64,000 nt of DNA, from contig CAVYNH010000004.1 of the NCBI GenBank assembly GCA_963769885.1, forward strand, positions 192,001 to 256,000, in the 5' to 3' direction. The notes under the pieces are model-generated. The model was not told the DNA's origin. It was given only the letters and a program-made list of their open reading frames with translations, and searched no databases. Positions 32,001 through 42,100 of the stretch are shown here, piece by piece. The position numbers were made by a program, and so were the translations under genes. The stretch's first letter is position 1; each line of letters opens with the position of its first letter. Source of the stretch: Methanobacteriota archaeon (GTDB lineage Archaea; Thermoplasmatota; E2; DHVEG-1).

Positions 32001-33301
32001 AATTCAACCATCAATTCTTAAAAGGAATAAAATATCTTGTCCCTGAATTACAGAAAAAAGGAAAAACGCCAATCGTCCGAGAAATAAAAAACAACAATAC
32101 GTATTATCATCAGACGATAATCTACATCCCCGAGAATCAGCGGATTCGGGTTTATGCTACAGATATAACGGACCGAAAACGAGCTGAGGAAACACTTCGG
32201 AATAGTGAAGAGAAATATCGAGGGATTGTTGAAAATACATCGAATGTCATTATGGTAACCCAACCAGACGGTATAATATCGTATTTAAGTCCATCATGCA
32301 AAGAGGTAATCGGCTATCTTCCCAAGGAACTCGTCGGTACAAACCCGGTCATCTTTCACCCAGATGATGTCCAAAAAGTCCAGCACGCGTTAACACGAGC
32401 TTTGAAGGGAGAAAAAGGGTCGGGGTTCGAATACCGAATTCTGACGAAGCAAGGGAACATCAGATGGGTTTCACATTCTTGGTCTCCAATTATTATCGAC
32501 AATAAAATACAATCAATAGTCAGCGTAATTGAGGATATCACTAATCGTAAGGAAACAGAAAATAATATCAAAGAATTGAATGAAAACTTGATACATCAGG
32601 CTATCGATCTTGCGGCAGCGAACAAGGAACTCGAGGCATTCAGTTATTCGGTTTCTCATGATTTGCGAGCGCCGCTCCGAAGCATCGATGGATTCAGCCA
32701 GGCACTAATGGAAGACTATACCGATGTCCTCGATGAGCAGGGAAAAGAATATCTCAAACGTGTACAGAAAGCCACGCAGCGCATGGGGCAGCTCATCGAT
32801 GATATGCTTAAGCTGTCGCGGTTAACAAGAGCTGAGATGACGATAAACACGGTGGATTTAAGTGAAACAGCTACAGCTATTATGGAGCGGTTTGAGAAAG
32901 AGGAGCCGACGAGAAAGGTTGAGTTCAGCAAACAGGACAATCTCCTGGCGACAGGAGATCCAAATCTCCTTAACATCCTCCTTGAGAATTTACTTGGAAA
33001 CGCATGGAAATTTACGAAGAAACGGAAACGGGCAGTAATTGAATTTGGCAAAATACAACAAGAACAAGAAACTGTGTTTTTCATCAGAGACAATGGCGCT
33101 GGTTTTGACATGAAATACGTCGATAAAATATTCATCCCCTTCCAGCGGCTCCATGATGATATTGATTATCCTGGTACAGGGATAGGACTTGGCATCGTGT
33201 CCCGTATCATCCATCGTCACGGAGGACGAATCTGGGCAGAAGCAGAAGAAAATAAAGGAGCAACGTTCTATTTCACATTAGGAGGAAAAATCAATGACTA
33301 A
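29069..33301 (+). CDS. Cytoplasmic sensor histidine kinase: MEDS, PAS x2, PocR, PAS x4, HisKA, HATPase
   Basis: [10 protein letters not shown] (MEDS); repeated DITERK PAC ends; GWCRF..CHESC..C.GG..FAVPI (PocR-like); SHDLRAPLR; [21 protein letters not shown]. Confidence 0.92.
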   Translation: MYHPILKKQNEKDRETGIDIIEEVPWGTHLCQFYQTKEDLLDILVPYFAKGLQNNEFCMWITSEPLNVDEAKRALKKALKNADDYLKKGQIEILDSTEWYTKSGKFNADEVLAAWIKKEALARKKGFYGLRLSGNTFWLEKKDWQDFTKYEEAINQVIGNYHMIAICSYSLDKCNASEIIDVVSNHQFALIKREGTWHRIESPEIKKSEDERMRLMQMINQVQDGIIVTDSDYRITYWNKGMEQIFGYRQPEALGKIPLEILRPTYAPGEREKILDEMNRLSTSKNIIHTKHRNGTDIFVEMHAKRLADKFDNTSGYVVTYRDVTERKKIEDAFAKQHEELQTIFDTVPALIFYKDKQNRLIRTNKAFENAMGLPRETLEGKSCFDLYPREQAEKYWKDDKQVMKTRKAKYGIIESMDTPSGTLTYLTDKIPYIDEQGNLAGVIGFSVDITERKRTETELRRIEWLLTKHLHSTTQQDQQRLIISNQPYGDLTRINQSRLIRDSVGKDILVNIVEDYLSLLDTSAAVYEKNGDYALGIFTSGWCRFMDLASRRLCKTTNNSKALASGKWLCHESCWTKASKKSIKTGQPVDIVCDGGIHLFAVPIRAGGEIVGSINFGYGNPPRDPNELHELAVKYGVDFEELRKNAEAYEVRPPYIIELAKQRLQSSAQLIGEIVERKKAEEAFLRAKTEWELTFNSVPDLIAILDKQYKIVRVNKAMAQRLGRPSEQCNGLTCYSCVHGANRPPSACPHRLTLRDRKEHTAEVHEDKLGGDFLVTTTPLFNDEGEMIGNVHVARDITERKHAEEIRMESENRLNRAQELSHLGSWELNLITNQLTWSDEVYRIFGMQPQEFDATYEAFLQSVHPDDRAAVDAAYSESLREGRDIYEIEHRVARKNGEIRVVFEKCEHIRNKSGKVIRSMGMVQDITERKHAEAELTRLASFPEKNPNPIVEINLTGKIQYLNPISKKVFPDLETKQFNHQFLKGIKYLVPELQKKGKTPIVREIKNNNTYYHQTIIYIPENQRIRVYATDITDRKRAEETLRNSEEKYRGIVENTSNVIMVTQPDGIISYLSPSCKEVIGYLPKELVGTNPVIFHPDDVQKVQHALTRALKGEKGSGFEYRILTKQGNIRWVSHSWSPIIIDNKIQSIVSVIEDITNRKETENNIKELNENLIHQAIDLAAANKELEAFSYSVSHDLRAPLRSIDGFSQALMEDYTDVLDEQGKEYLKRVQKATQRMGQLIDDMLKLSRLTRAEMTINTVDLSETATAIMERFEKEEPTRKVEFSKQDNLLATGDPNLLNILLENLLGNAWKFTKKRKRAVIEFGKIQQEQETVFFIRDNGAGFDMKYVDKIFIPFQRLHDDIDYPGTGIGLGIVSRIIHRHGGRIWAEAEENKGATFYFTLGGKIND

Positions 33302-34892
33302 ACAACTACGTGTGTTATTGGTGGAAGATTCGCAAGATGATGCAGCATTGCTCGAAAGAGCGTTGAAAAAAGGCGGTGTTCAGCTTGCCATGAATCGGGT
33401 GGAAACCGCAGAGATGATGAAAAAAGCGTTAGAAAAACAAGACTGGGATGTAATCATCTCTGATTATGTCCTTCCCCGTTTTAGCGGGTTAGAAGCATTA
33501 AACGTGCTAAAGAAAATCGGAAAAGACTTACCTTTCATTATCGTCTCAGGGAAAATCGGTGAAGACACCGCAGTGGAGACCATGAGAGCAGGGGCCCACG
33601 ATTACATCATGAAAGGAAATCTTGCGCGTCTAATCCCTGCTATTGAACGAGAAATGGAAGAAGCGAAAATCAGACAAAAAAAGAGAGACGCTGAAGAAGA
33701 ATTGCGCAAATCCTATCATGAGTTAGCTGATGCTACCACGCAACTGGAAGCGGCGAATAAACAATTACGAGCTGAGATCGATGAAAGGAAAAAGGTGGAG
33801 AAAAATGTTCTTGAGATCAAGGAGCACCTGCAGAATGTCATTGATAGCGCAACTGATCTAATCGTATCACTGGATGCTAATAAGCGGGTAACAACATGGA
33901 ATAAAACCGCAGAAACCATGACCGGATACAGTCAGAAAGAGGTCATAAATCGAAGCATCACGAAGTTCTCACTCTTTGAAAATCCCCAAAAATTATTAGA
34001 TCTTATTAAAAACATATCCGCTGAGGATCAACCGGGGTATGAAGATTTCATTATTATTTCAAAAAATCAAGCGAAAAAAATTGTTCGATTCTCCGGTTCG
34101 ATTATTAAAAGCAAAGATGCGCCAAGCAGTGGTGTGCTTCTTATCGGACGCGATATCACTCGCGAGATGGACATTCATGGTAAGCTACTCCCTGGGAACA
34201 GCTACCTGATTCCCGAGAAGAAAGGCACTGCTACTGTTGATTTACTCGTCGACCTGGCGACCTCCGGATACTCAGGCATAATGATTACGCGAATGGACCC
34301 GGAAGTAGTGAAAAACACCATCTCAGCGGCTAAGATACAACTCTACCTCTTAGGACAAGAACAAGGGAAAGGCTATACCGCCATTCCAACATTACAGATG
34401 TTATCACAGAAAATAAAGGAACTTGGGAAGCAAAAGAATAATTCAGTGATTCTTTTGGAACGACTTGATTATCTCATCAACCGGTTCTCCTTTGAAAATG
34501 TGATGAATACACTCTATGACATCAACGATGCTGTCATGAAGAACAAAAATCTCTTATTACTCAGATTAGATCCAGCCACGATTCAACCGACTCAAATGGC
34601 CCTTATTGAAAATGAGTTTCAGCTCTTGCCTAGTCAGAAAATAGAGGGGTTAACATTAGAAGACGAAGTCTATGACATCCTCAAGTTTATCAACGAACAA
34701 AACCAGAACAATGCAGTCGTGCCAATAAAAAAGGTCATGGGCCGATTCAAACTTGCGTATTCAACCGTAGCAAAACGTTTACAGATGCTAGAGGCGAAAG
34801 GGCTTATCTTTACAAAAAAACAAGGGAAGTTACGAACCGTTACTATTTCAGACAAAGGAAAAACATTTTTACATAAACGACAGGCTGTGTAA
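33294..34892 (+). CDS. Response regulator REC-PAS-DUF835-wHTH
   Basis: LLVEDS, ISDYVLP, DYIMK; PAS; [19 protein letters not shown] (DUF835-like); [16 protein letters not shown] wHTH. Confidence 0.85.
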   Translation: MTKQLRVLLVEDSQDDAALLERALKKGGVQLAMNRVETAEMMKKALEKQDWDVIISDYVLPRFSGLEALNVLKKIGKDLPFIIVSGKIGEDTAVETMRAGAHDYIMKGNLARLIPAIEREMEEAKIRQKKRDAEEELRKSYHELADATTQLEAANKQLRAEIDERKKVEKNVLEIKEHLQNVIDSATDLIVSLDANKRVTTWNKTAETMTGYSQKEVINRSITKFSLFENPQKLLDLIKNISAEDQPGYEDFIIISKNQAKKIVRFSGSIIKSKDAPSSGVLLIGRDITREMDIHGKLLPGNSYLIPEKKGTATVDLLVDLATSGYSGIMITRMDPEVVKNTISAAKIQLYLLGQEQGKGYTAIPTLQMLSQKIKELGKQKNNSVILLERLDYLINRFSFENVMNTLYDINDAVMKNKNLLLLRLDPATIQPTQMALIENEFQLLPSQKIEGLTLEDEVYDILKFINEQNQNNAVVPIKKVMGRFKLAYSTVAKRLQMLEAKGLIFTKKQGKLRTVTISDKGKTFLHKRQAV

Positions 34893-34993
34893 CAGGGGCA
34901 CTATTTAATTAAAATCTCTTCATTTCTTAATTAATTTTAAATTAATCTTTAATAGTAATATTTTTTAATCAAGAACAAAAAAGGTGATTACCA

Positions 34994-35398
34994 ATGAATA
35001 CTATAGTGGATGAACTAGGAAATGATGCAGGAAAACTCTGGCAGACCTTGCATTCAAATGGAACTTTCTTTTCCCAAACAAAGCTACAAAAAAATGCGAA
35101 TCTCTCCGAGGAAGCATTCTATAGAGCTGTAGGATGGCTTGCTCGTGAGAATAAAATCTATAAAACCGGGGTAACCTATCGACTAGGTGTGACGAATCTA
35201 ACCCCGATAATTGGATCTAACGCGGGAAAAATCTGGCATTTTCTTAATACTCAAAAAGAAGCAGATGTCACCGCAATTATACAACAAACCAAAATCGACG
35301 AACAGGATGTACATTCTGCTATTGGATGGTTGGCGCGAGAAAATAAAATCGATGCACAGGTCGGGAAAAACAACCAACTAGTGTTCCGATTAAAATAG
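34994..35398 (+). CDS. Tandem winged-helix protein (DUF2582-like x2)
   Basis: G..AGK.W..L...A(V/I)GWLARENKI occurs twice. Confidence 0.82.
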   Translation: MNTIVDELGNDAGKLWQTLHSNGTFFSQTKLQKNANLSEEAFYRAVGWLARENKIYKTGVTYRLGVTNLTPIIGSNAGKIWHFLNTQKEADVTAIIQQTKIDEQDVHSAIGWLARENKIDAQVGKNNQLVFRLK

Positions 35399-35518
35399 AA
35401 ACAAATACATTTGTTCTGCATCTGTTTCTTATGCATTTTTTCACTATTTATTTATATACTAACCTCAATTCTATAATGAAAGGTAACGGTTAAATACAAA
35501 GTAGAAGGGATTTGCTCC

Positions 35519-35965
35519 ATGGAAAAGAAAAAGATATTGCTCGTTGAAGACAATACAGATGATATTCTATTGGTTCGACGTGCATTTTCAAAAACGAAAC
35601 TCTCTGATAAATATGATCTAATCATCACCCAAGATGGATATGAGACAATCCGCTATCTAGAAAATGATGGCAATTCACAAAAAACCGCAACAAATCACGC
35701 TCCGATTGCGTTCCTTCTTCTTGACTTAAATCTCCCACGAATGAACGGTTTTGAGATACTAGAACGAATACGAAGCAACGAAAAATGTAAACTGATCCCA
35801 GTAATAATCTTCACCTCATCAAAAGAAGAACAGGACATCACAAAATCATATATCTCCGGTGCTAATGGATACGTGCGAAAACCTATCGATTCTGGGAAAT
35901 TTACTTCAGTGCTCCAAGATATCGTTACGTACTGGGGAGATGTCAACGAAATACCGATGAAATAA
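35519..35965 (+). CDS. Stand-alone receiver-domain response regulator
   Basis: LLVEDN, LLDLNLPRMNG, IPVIIFTSS, GANGYVRKP. Confidence 0.93.
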   Translation: MEKKKILLVEDNTDDILLVRRAFSKTKLSDKYDLIITQDGYETIRYLENDGNSQKTATNHAPIAFLLLDLNLPRMNGFEILERIRSNEKCKLIPVIIFTSSKEEQDITKSYISGANGYVRKPIDSGKFTSVLQDIVTYWGDVNEIPMK

Positions 35966-36090
35966 AAAAGAATTTTTGAATTCCCTCGGTCGCTGTTCCG
36001 TGTTAAAGTCCCAATTTAACTTATTCTTCACACATTTTTTATATGTTTTTAAATAATGATTTTATAATGCAAAGGAAATCCTTTCTACCA

Positions 36091-36197
36091 TGAACTTGAT
36101 GGAGAGTTGTAGAGCGAAAAAAATATTGTTGATCTCCTTTCTCATCCCTCCCCTCCTCTCTTTTTTCTAAAACACTCTACAACACTTCCATCCAAGC
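36091..36197 (+). ncRNA. Candidate sRNA or structured 5' leader: long hairpin with CU-rich loop
   Basis: TTTTATAA at 36060-36067; stems 36095-36114/36175-36196 and 36116-36122/36161-36167; loop CTCCTTTCTCATCCCTCCCCTCCTCTC. Confidence 0.5.
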
Positions 36198-36276
36198 CAA
36201 ATCACAATAGAAAAAACCGATAACAATGATGAGGTTATTTCAATACAAACATTGAAGAACCATGAAAGGTGAAAAA

Positions 36277-36468
36277 ATGGAGCAATATGAATGTATGAGC
36301 TGCCGGCGCACTGCATCAATAGATGAAGATGAAAAACCGCCGGTCTGCTGTGGAAAAGCTATGAATAAGAAACTACCGCTGGATATTTGTCTCCAACCTG
36401 GACATTCAGAACATGCTCGGCCCATGGAAGATGAAGACGCCTGTGATGATTTCCGCGCGGGAACCTAA
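36277..36468 (+). CDS. Small Cys-rich desulforedoxin/Zn-ribbon-like protein
   Basis: YECMSC...VCCGKAM; AGGTGA RBS; extra Cys/His in acidic tail. Confidence 0.75.
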   Translation: MEQYECMSCRRTASIDEDEKPPVCCGKAMNKKLPLDICLQPGHSEHARPMEDEDACDDFRAGT

Positions 36469-36487
36469 GAAAAAATCTCTATAAAAT

Positions 36488-36527
36488 TAACCGTTTTTTA
36501 ATTATCTTTAAACCGTTTTTAAGTTAT
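36488..36527 (+). promoter_or_regulatory. Tandem direct repeat (22-bp period) upstream of hsp20
   Basis: taaccgttttttaattat / aaaccgtttttaagttat. Confidence 0.45.
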
Positions 36528-36571
36528 GGCTTTATGGAGACGGTCAATTAAGATATGTGGAGGTAATACAT

Positions 36572-37084
36572 ATGCCAATAAAAAAAGAAAAAAAAGGAAA
36601 ACTTGCTATTGTTCCAAAGCAAAAAGCTGAGGTAATCGCACAGAGACCATATGAGTTATGGTCAGATATGGACCAACTATTTAATCAATTCAGAACCAAC
36701 GTTGATGAGCTGTTTTGGGGACCAAAAACAGATCTTCTGGCAATCCCTGAATACCGAACACCTCTTGTGGATATCGTTGATCATGGCGACAAATATGAAA
36801 TGCATGTAGAAATGCCGGGAATCAAAAAAGAAGATATTAGCATCGAAGTATCACCCACGATGGTTGAAATCAGTGCCGAACATGAAGAAAAAAGTGAGGA
36901 CAAGGGGAAGAACTGGCTACGGCAGGAACGAACAAGCATGGATTTCTATCGCTCGTTCCAAGTCCCTGAGAACGTGAAAACCGGAAAAGTAGAAGCGGAA
37001 CTCAAAGATGGGGTACTTACACTATTACTACCAAAAGCAGAGCCGAAACCAAAATATGAGACAACCAAAGTGAAAGTAAAATAA
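36572..37084 (+). CDS. Hsp20/alpha-crystallin small heat shock protein
   Basis: PLVDI, EMPGI.KEDI, ER...FYRSF..P, AELKDGVLTLLLPK; GGAGGT RBS. Confidence 0.94.
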   Translation: MPIKKEKKGKLAIVPKQKAEVIAQRPYELWSDMDQLFNQFRTNVDELFWGPKTDLLAIPEYRTPLVDIVDHGDKYEMHVEMPGIKKEDISIEVSPTMVEISAEHEEKSEDKGKNWLRQERTSMDFYRSFQVPENVKTGKVEAELKDGVLTLLLPKAEPKPKYETTKVKVK

Positions 37085-37144
37085 TCTGCAATACTACCAA
37101 AAAAAACGTTCAACGAATAACAGGAAAAAAATGAGGCGTTTGTC

Positions 37145-37591
37145 ATGACAAAAGAAAAAATCATTGAATTATTAAATCATGGGCTAGAGCTGGAACATGC
37201 TGCTTATGTGCAGTACTTGAGCCACGCGGAGATCGTCGATGGAATAAACGCCGAGCCTATTATCGCGCGACTTAAAGAAATCGCCAGCGACGAGAAAGGA
37301 CATCAAGAAAAATTCCGAACATTAATTGGTGACCTCGGCGGGGTACCAAGCGTCGATTTTCAACCAAGACACCCGGCAACAAACATCAAACAGATCCTCG
37401 AAGTGAATTTAAAGGACGAAAAAACCGCGGTCGATACGTATCGGAAAATCCTTGAAGAGTTAAAAAAAGAGAAAGGAAAAGGGTATTACGATCATCTCCT
37501 GGAACATGAAATCAGGCACATCCTGATGGAAGAACAAGAACATATCACTGAGCTTGAACTCTTACTGGGAACTCAAGGGACGAGCTATTAG
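37145..37591 (+). CDS. Ferritin-like diiron protein
   Basis: ELE, Y, DEKGH, DE, Y, EEQEH ligand pattern. Confidence 0.85.
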   Translation: MTKEKIIELLNHGLELEHAAYVQYLSHAEIVDGINAEPIIARLKEIASDEKGHQEKFRTLIGDLGGVPSVDFQPRHPATNIKQILEVNLKDEKTAVDTYRKILEELKKEKGKGYYDHLLEHEIRHILMEEQEHITELELLLGTQGTSY

Positions 37592-37624
37592 CTAGAATCA
37601 AAAGAGATTAATCAGGAAAAAGGT

Positions 37625-37735
37625 ATGGGCGAAAAGGAGACGCTTATTTCTACAGCCTATAGCGGCACGTGGTTGTTTGTCTGTCTTCTAATCATCATTA
37701 GCATTGCCACGTTGATAATTAATTTTCTCTACTAG
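37625..37735 (+). CDS. Putative 36-aa single-TM small protein
   Basis: MGEKETLISTAYSGTWLFVCLLIIISIATLIINFLY; purine-rich upstream sequence. Confidence 0.4.
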   Translation: MGEKETLISTAYSGTWLFVCLLIIISIATLIINFLY

Positions 37736-37760
37736 CGAAGCCGCAACTCTAAAAAATATT

Positions 37761-38300
37761 TCAAACCTTTTTTTCCTGTTTTTCTATGAACTGAGTATAA
37801 TGTTTATGAATAGTACTCGTATCGAAATCGATGAATTCTCGGAGCATATCGTCGCATTCTTTACGAGTAAAATATTCCATGGTTGGGAAGAAAAAGTGCT
37901 TGTCTTCTGTCTCAATATGCTGATGATACAGTATCATCAGCTGTCCTATTTTGTTGTGGATCTTCTGGAGGGCCGTATCATCTCCCCGGAGATATCGTTG
38001 GTTAGCAGTGTTAAGGCTACGTATTATCTGCCGCGCTCGTCTGTGATCATACACTAACTGCTTCAGAATCGCCTTGTGTTTCGTGGTAAGCTTTTTGTGC
38101 AACAGAGCCTTAAAAAGGATGTCTTCTTCTTTTCCATGATGGGGCATATCTACATAGGTCTGAAAAAAATCAATGGCAGCATTGATAAACATCGCATCGA
38201 TTTTTTTACTCACTGTACTTCTTTCCATTTCGCTTTCGAGTAATGGCAGTATTCGCTCAATCAAACGGTGCTCTCTCATTAACATTCCGATCGGCTGCAT
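37761..38300 (-). CDS. Hemerythrin/HHE cation-binding domain protein
   Basis: LMREHRLI, HHGKEEDILF, DH, HIETEDKHFFFP. Confidence 0.9.
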   Translation of the reverse strand: MQPIGMLMREHRLIERILPLLESEMERSTVSKKIDAMFINAAIDFFQTYVDMPHHGKEEDILFKALLHKKLTTKHKAILKQLVYDHRRARQIIRSLNTANQRYLRGDDTALQKIHNKIGQLMILYHQHIETEDKHFFFPTMEYFTRKECDDMLREFIDFDTSTIHKHYTQFIEKQEKKV

Positions 38301-38309
38301 ACTTATTGC

Positions 38310-38888
38310 TTACCTCTCAATCTCATTCGAAAAATCATTCATGAGCTTATTTGTTATTGCACAGGAACCCGCGTTCCAGGCTTTGTGTGTGTTTTTTTTA
38401 TTCATCTGGATGTGAAGAACGCCGTTGACGAGTCTAGTCTCAACAACGTCCGGATTCGCTTTCTTAGGAAATCGAAGGTAACGGCACAAGGTGGAATACC
38501 CTCGCTTGCGCTTCATGTACCCTTCATTCTCCTATCGGATATGTTTTTCTGTTTGGCCGCAAATACTAATGGTTTTTGACGGGACAATAACTTTAATGTT
38601 TTTATATTGACCTGCGGCATTCCTGTCATGATTTTGTGTCCTTGACCGACATTTGCGAAGTCAACCGGAAATATTTTCAAATGGTTCTCAGATGGTATCC
38701 CAAGAGATGGATTCACTATCCAATTGGTTCCATTATGGATTAATCAAGGATCCATCATAGAACATCCTGTTGATATCATCCCAGATGTCAAAGGGGCTCT
38801 CAAACAGAGGGACCAAGGCTTTTTGCGGAAAAGATTCTTGTTTTTGTTTAGTATGTATCGTAAGTTTTTTCGCTTTCTGCTTGACCAT
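38310..38888 (-). pseudogene. Degraded second Hsp20 gene
   Basis: Fragments in different frames with stops: SPFDIWDDINRMF; FPVDF..HKIMTGMPQVN; RGYSTLCRYLRFP..RLVNGVLHIQMNKK. Confidence 0.75.
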
Positions 38889-39112
38889 ACGACAATCCCC
38901 TACAACAGCTCTGATCAATTAATAGGTAGGTTTGTGAATCTGCTGAAGAAGATCTCGTTCTTCTCGGGTGAGATATTTTTCCCGCAGAGTATCTTCAGAG
39001 TCAAAGAACATAGAGCTCTTTCCTCCTTGATAATCAAGAGACGCTAACAGGTTAAAAAATTGATTCAAAAACAGGTAGAAAATAAATAGAAAATATTTTC
39101 AATTCATGGTGG

Positions 39113-39155
39113 TAAAAAAAGAGGAAAAGAGGGGAAGGAGTGTATTTTCCCTCTT
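39113..39155 (-). terminator. Hairpin plus oligo-T downstream of the multicopper oxidase gene
   Basis: aagagggg(aa)...ttccctctt inverted repeat followed on minus by TTTTCCTCTTTTTTT. Confidence 0.45.
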
Positions 39156-39179
39156 GAGTCCTGGTTTGGTTCGAATCAT

Positions 39180-42100
39180 CTACAGGGTGACCCTGATCGA
39201 GAGCCCTTTTATCGCTGTCGCTCCAACGCTGTCCGTGAGTTTGACGTTGAAGTAAAAGGTACCGAGTCTTGTCGGCTTCCCGGAGATTGTACCGGTTGTT
39301 GCTGCGAGGGTAAGTCCATTGGGGAGCGTGCCCACTGATATTGACCATGTGTACGGAGGCGAACCGCCAGTCGCTGCCAGGGTTTGTGAATAGGGCCGGA
39401 AGATTCGGCCATTCGGAAGCGAGGTAGTGGTAATCGTTGGTACCGGTCTGACGGTGATGGATAAAGCCTTCGTCGCTAAACCGCCAACACTATCTGTTAG
39501 TGTGACAGTGAAGCTCAATGTTCCAGCAGTGGTTGGTGTCCCGGAAATAATACCGGTTGATGCACCAAGAGACAGTCCAGCCGGTAGAGCACCAGCAGTT
39601 ATTGTCCAAGTGTACGGAGGTGTGCCACCCGTACCTGTGAGGGTCTGGCTATATGCGATGTTGACTTGTCCGTTGGGGAGTGACGTAGTGGTAATCGTTG
39701 GTATCGGTTGGATGGTTATCGAGAAGGCCTTGGTCCCCATACCACCAATGCTGTCGGTTACTTTTATGGTAAAACTGAAGGTACCGGCAGTGGTTGGTGT
39801 GCCAGAAATGATGCCAGTTGATGCACCAAGCAGCAGCCCAGCAGGCAGAGAACCAGCTGACACAGACCAGGTGTACGGAACCCAGCCGCCAGTAGCCGCT
39901 AGAGTCTGACTATATATCACACTGACTTCACCGTTAGGGAGCGAGGCGGTCGTAATCGTCGGTGCGGCCTTGATGATAATAGTAAGAGCCTTCGTCCCCG
40001 TACCACCGACACCGTCAGTCACCATGATAGTGAAACTATAGGTGCCCACAGTAGTCGGTGTCCCGGATATGACCCCAGTTGATGCACCAAGAGACAATCC
40101 CGCAGGCAACGAACCAGTTGACACAGACCAGGTGTACGGAACCCAGCCGCCAGTAGCCGCCAGAGTCTGGCTATATGCAGCACCAACATCTCCGCCCGGA
40201 AGTGTTGTGGTAGTGATTGTCGGAGCAACATTGATGATAATGGATAGCGGTTTTGTAGCAGTACCACCAACACCGTCAGTCACCATGATAGTGAAACTGA
40301 AGGTACCTGCAGTGGTCGGCGTCCCCGAGATCACACCAGTAGTCGCCCCAAGAGACAATCCCGCAGGCAAAGACCCTACTGATATCGTCCAGGTATACGG
40401 TAGAGTCCCACCAACAGCTCCTAGCGTCTGTTGATAGGTAATCCCAACATCACTGGCACCAAGGGATGTGGTGGTAATAACCGGTATTGGGTTGATGATG
40501 ATGGAGAGGGGTTGTATCGCTATGCCGCTCATACTGTCGACGAGTCTTACCGTGAAGCTGTAGGTGCCTGCGGTGGTTGGCGTCCCTGAGATGATGCCGG
40601 TTGTTGCTCCAATTGTCAATCCCGCGGGTAATGATCCTGCTGATATTGACCAGGTGAATGGTAGGGTTCCACCTGTGGCCGCTAGGGTCTGACTGTAGGG
40701 GATATTGACTTGTCCATTGGGGAGCAAAGTAGTTGTGATTGTCGGCGCTGGGCTGATGGTGACGGTGAATGGTGTTGTCGCCGTACCGGTTACGCTATCC
40801 GTAAGCAGGACAGTAAAGCTATAGGTGCCTGCGGTGGTCGGCGTCCCTGAGATGATGCCGGTTGTCGCTCCGATTGTCAACCCAGGAGGCAGGGATCCCA
40901 CTGAGATAGACCAAGCATAGGGGGTCCAGCCGCCAGTAGCAGCCAGGGTCTGACTGTACACGACATTTACTTCACCGTTTGGAAGAGACGTGGTGGTTAT
41001 TGTCGGCGCAACCTTAATAATTATTGAGAGCGCCTGTGTTGCTACGCCACCTGCACTGTCGACGAGACTTACCGTGAAGCTGTAGGTGCCTGCGGTGGTT
41101 GGCGTCCCAGAGATGACGCCGGTCGTGGTTCCAATTGTCAATCCCGCCGGTAATGATCCAGCTGATATTGACCAGGTGAATGGTACTGAACCACCGGTTT
41201 CTCCAATGGTCTGGCTATAGGCGACTCCGATGTCACCACCAGGTAACGTGATTGTCGTAATCACTGGTGCTGCGTTGATGATGATTGATAACGGTTTTAT
41301 TCCTACGCCGCCAATATTGTCAATCACTTGGACCGTGAACCCGTAGGTGCCAATCGTCGTTGGAGTGCCAGAGATAATCCCTGTCGAAGGAGCGATTGAG
41401 AGACCCGCTGGTAACGAACCGATTGATATCGACCATGTGTAGGGTAGAGTACCACCTATGGCAGTTAGTGTTTGACCGTATACGACTCCAACATCTCCAG
41501 CGGGTAGTGAGGTTGTGGTAATCACTGGTGCTGTTGGGCTTACCACTGCGGTGTTCGAAAACGTCGAATTCATATATTCGTGAGGGAACCCGACTGCCGG
41601 GGCAGCGTAGACCGTGGTGTCACCAATTAAGTTGTTGGCTTGTACACGATAGTAGTGTGCATTATTTGCCAAGATGGTCGTATCGGTATATGTGTTGGTG
41701 TTTTGTCCTACCATGAAATTCACTACGCCAGTCGTAAAACCGGAGTCGTCCGCTCTTTGGATAGTGAAGTTGGTTTCACTGAGAGATTTGTCCTGCCAGT
41801 TTAATTGGGCTGACCTGTTGCTCCCATTTACTATTACGAGAGCGGTAAGATTTGTCGGTGCTTTGGGTGCAACGCCAAACGACATTGCATGCATCATGTC
41901 CATCTCTTCATGACCTAAGATGTGGCAATGCCAGACATACTCCCAGCCGTAATTCACATAATGGTTGGTGACGGTCACTGGTTCTGCGATAGGGTCAACG
42001 AATCCACCAGGCGGACCTGCCAACGTAACGCCTTCTGGCATGGTTGGGTCGATGAGTCGAACACTATTCGGGACATCAAAAGGTAATGTGGGGGCTGTCG

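Noticed and set aside
34900-34970. TTAATTAA-type palindromes
   Set aside because: Expected by chance in very AT-rich intergenic DNA
38724-39047. 107-aa + strand ORF
   Set aside because: Antisense to the hsp20 pseudogene, with no recognisable features
39183-41531. Repeats read as a DGR template/variable pair
   Set aside because: In-frame Ig domain repeats; differences are not adenine-specific; no reverse transcriptase
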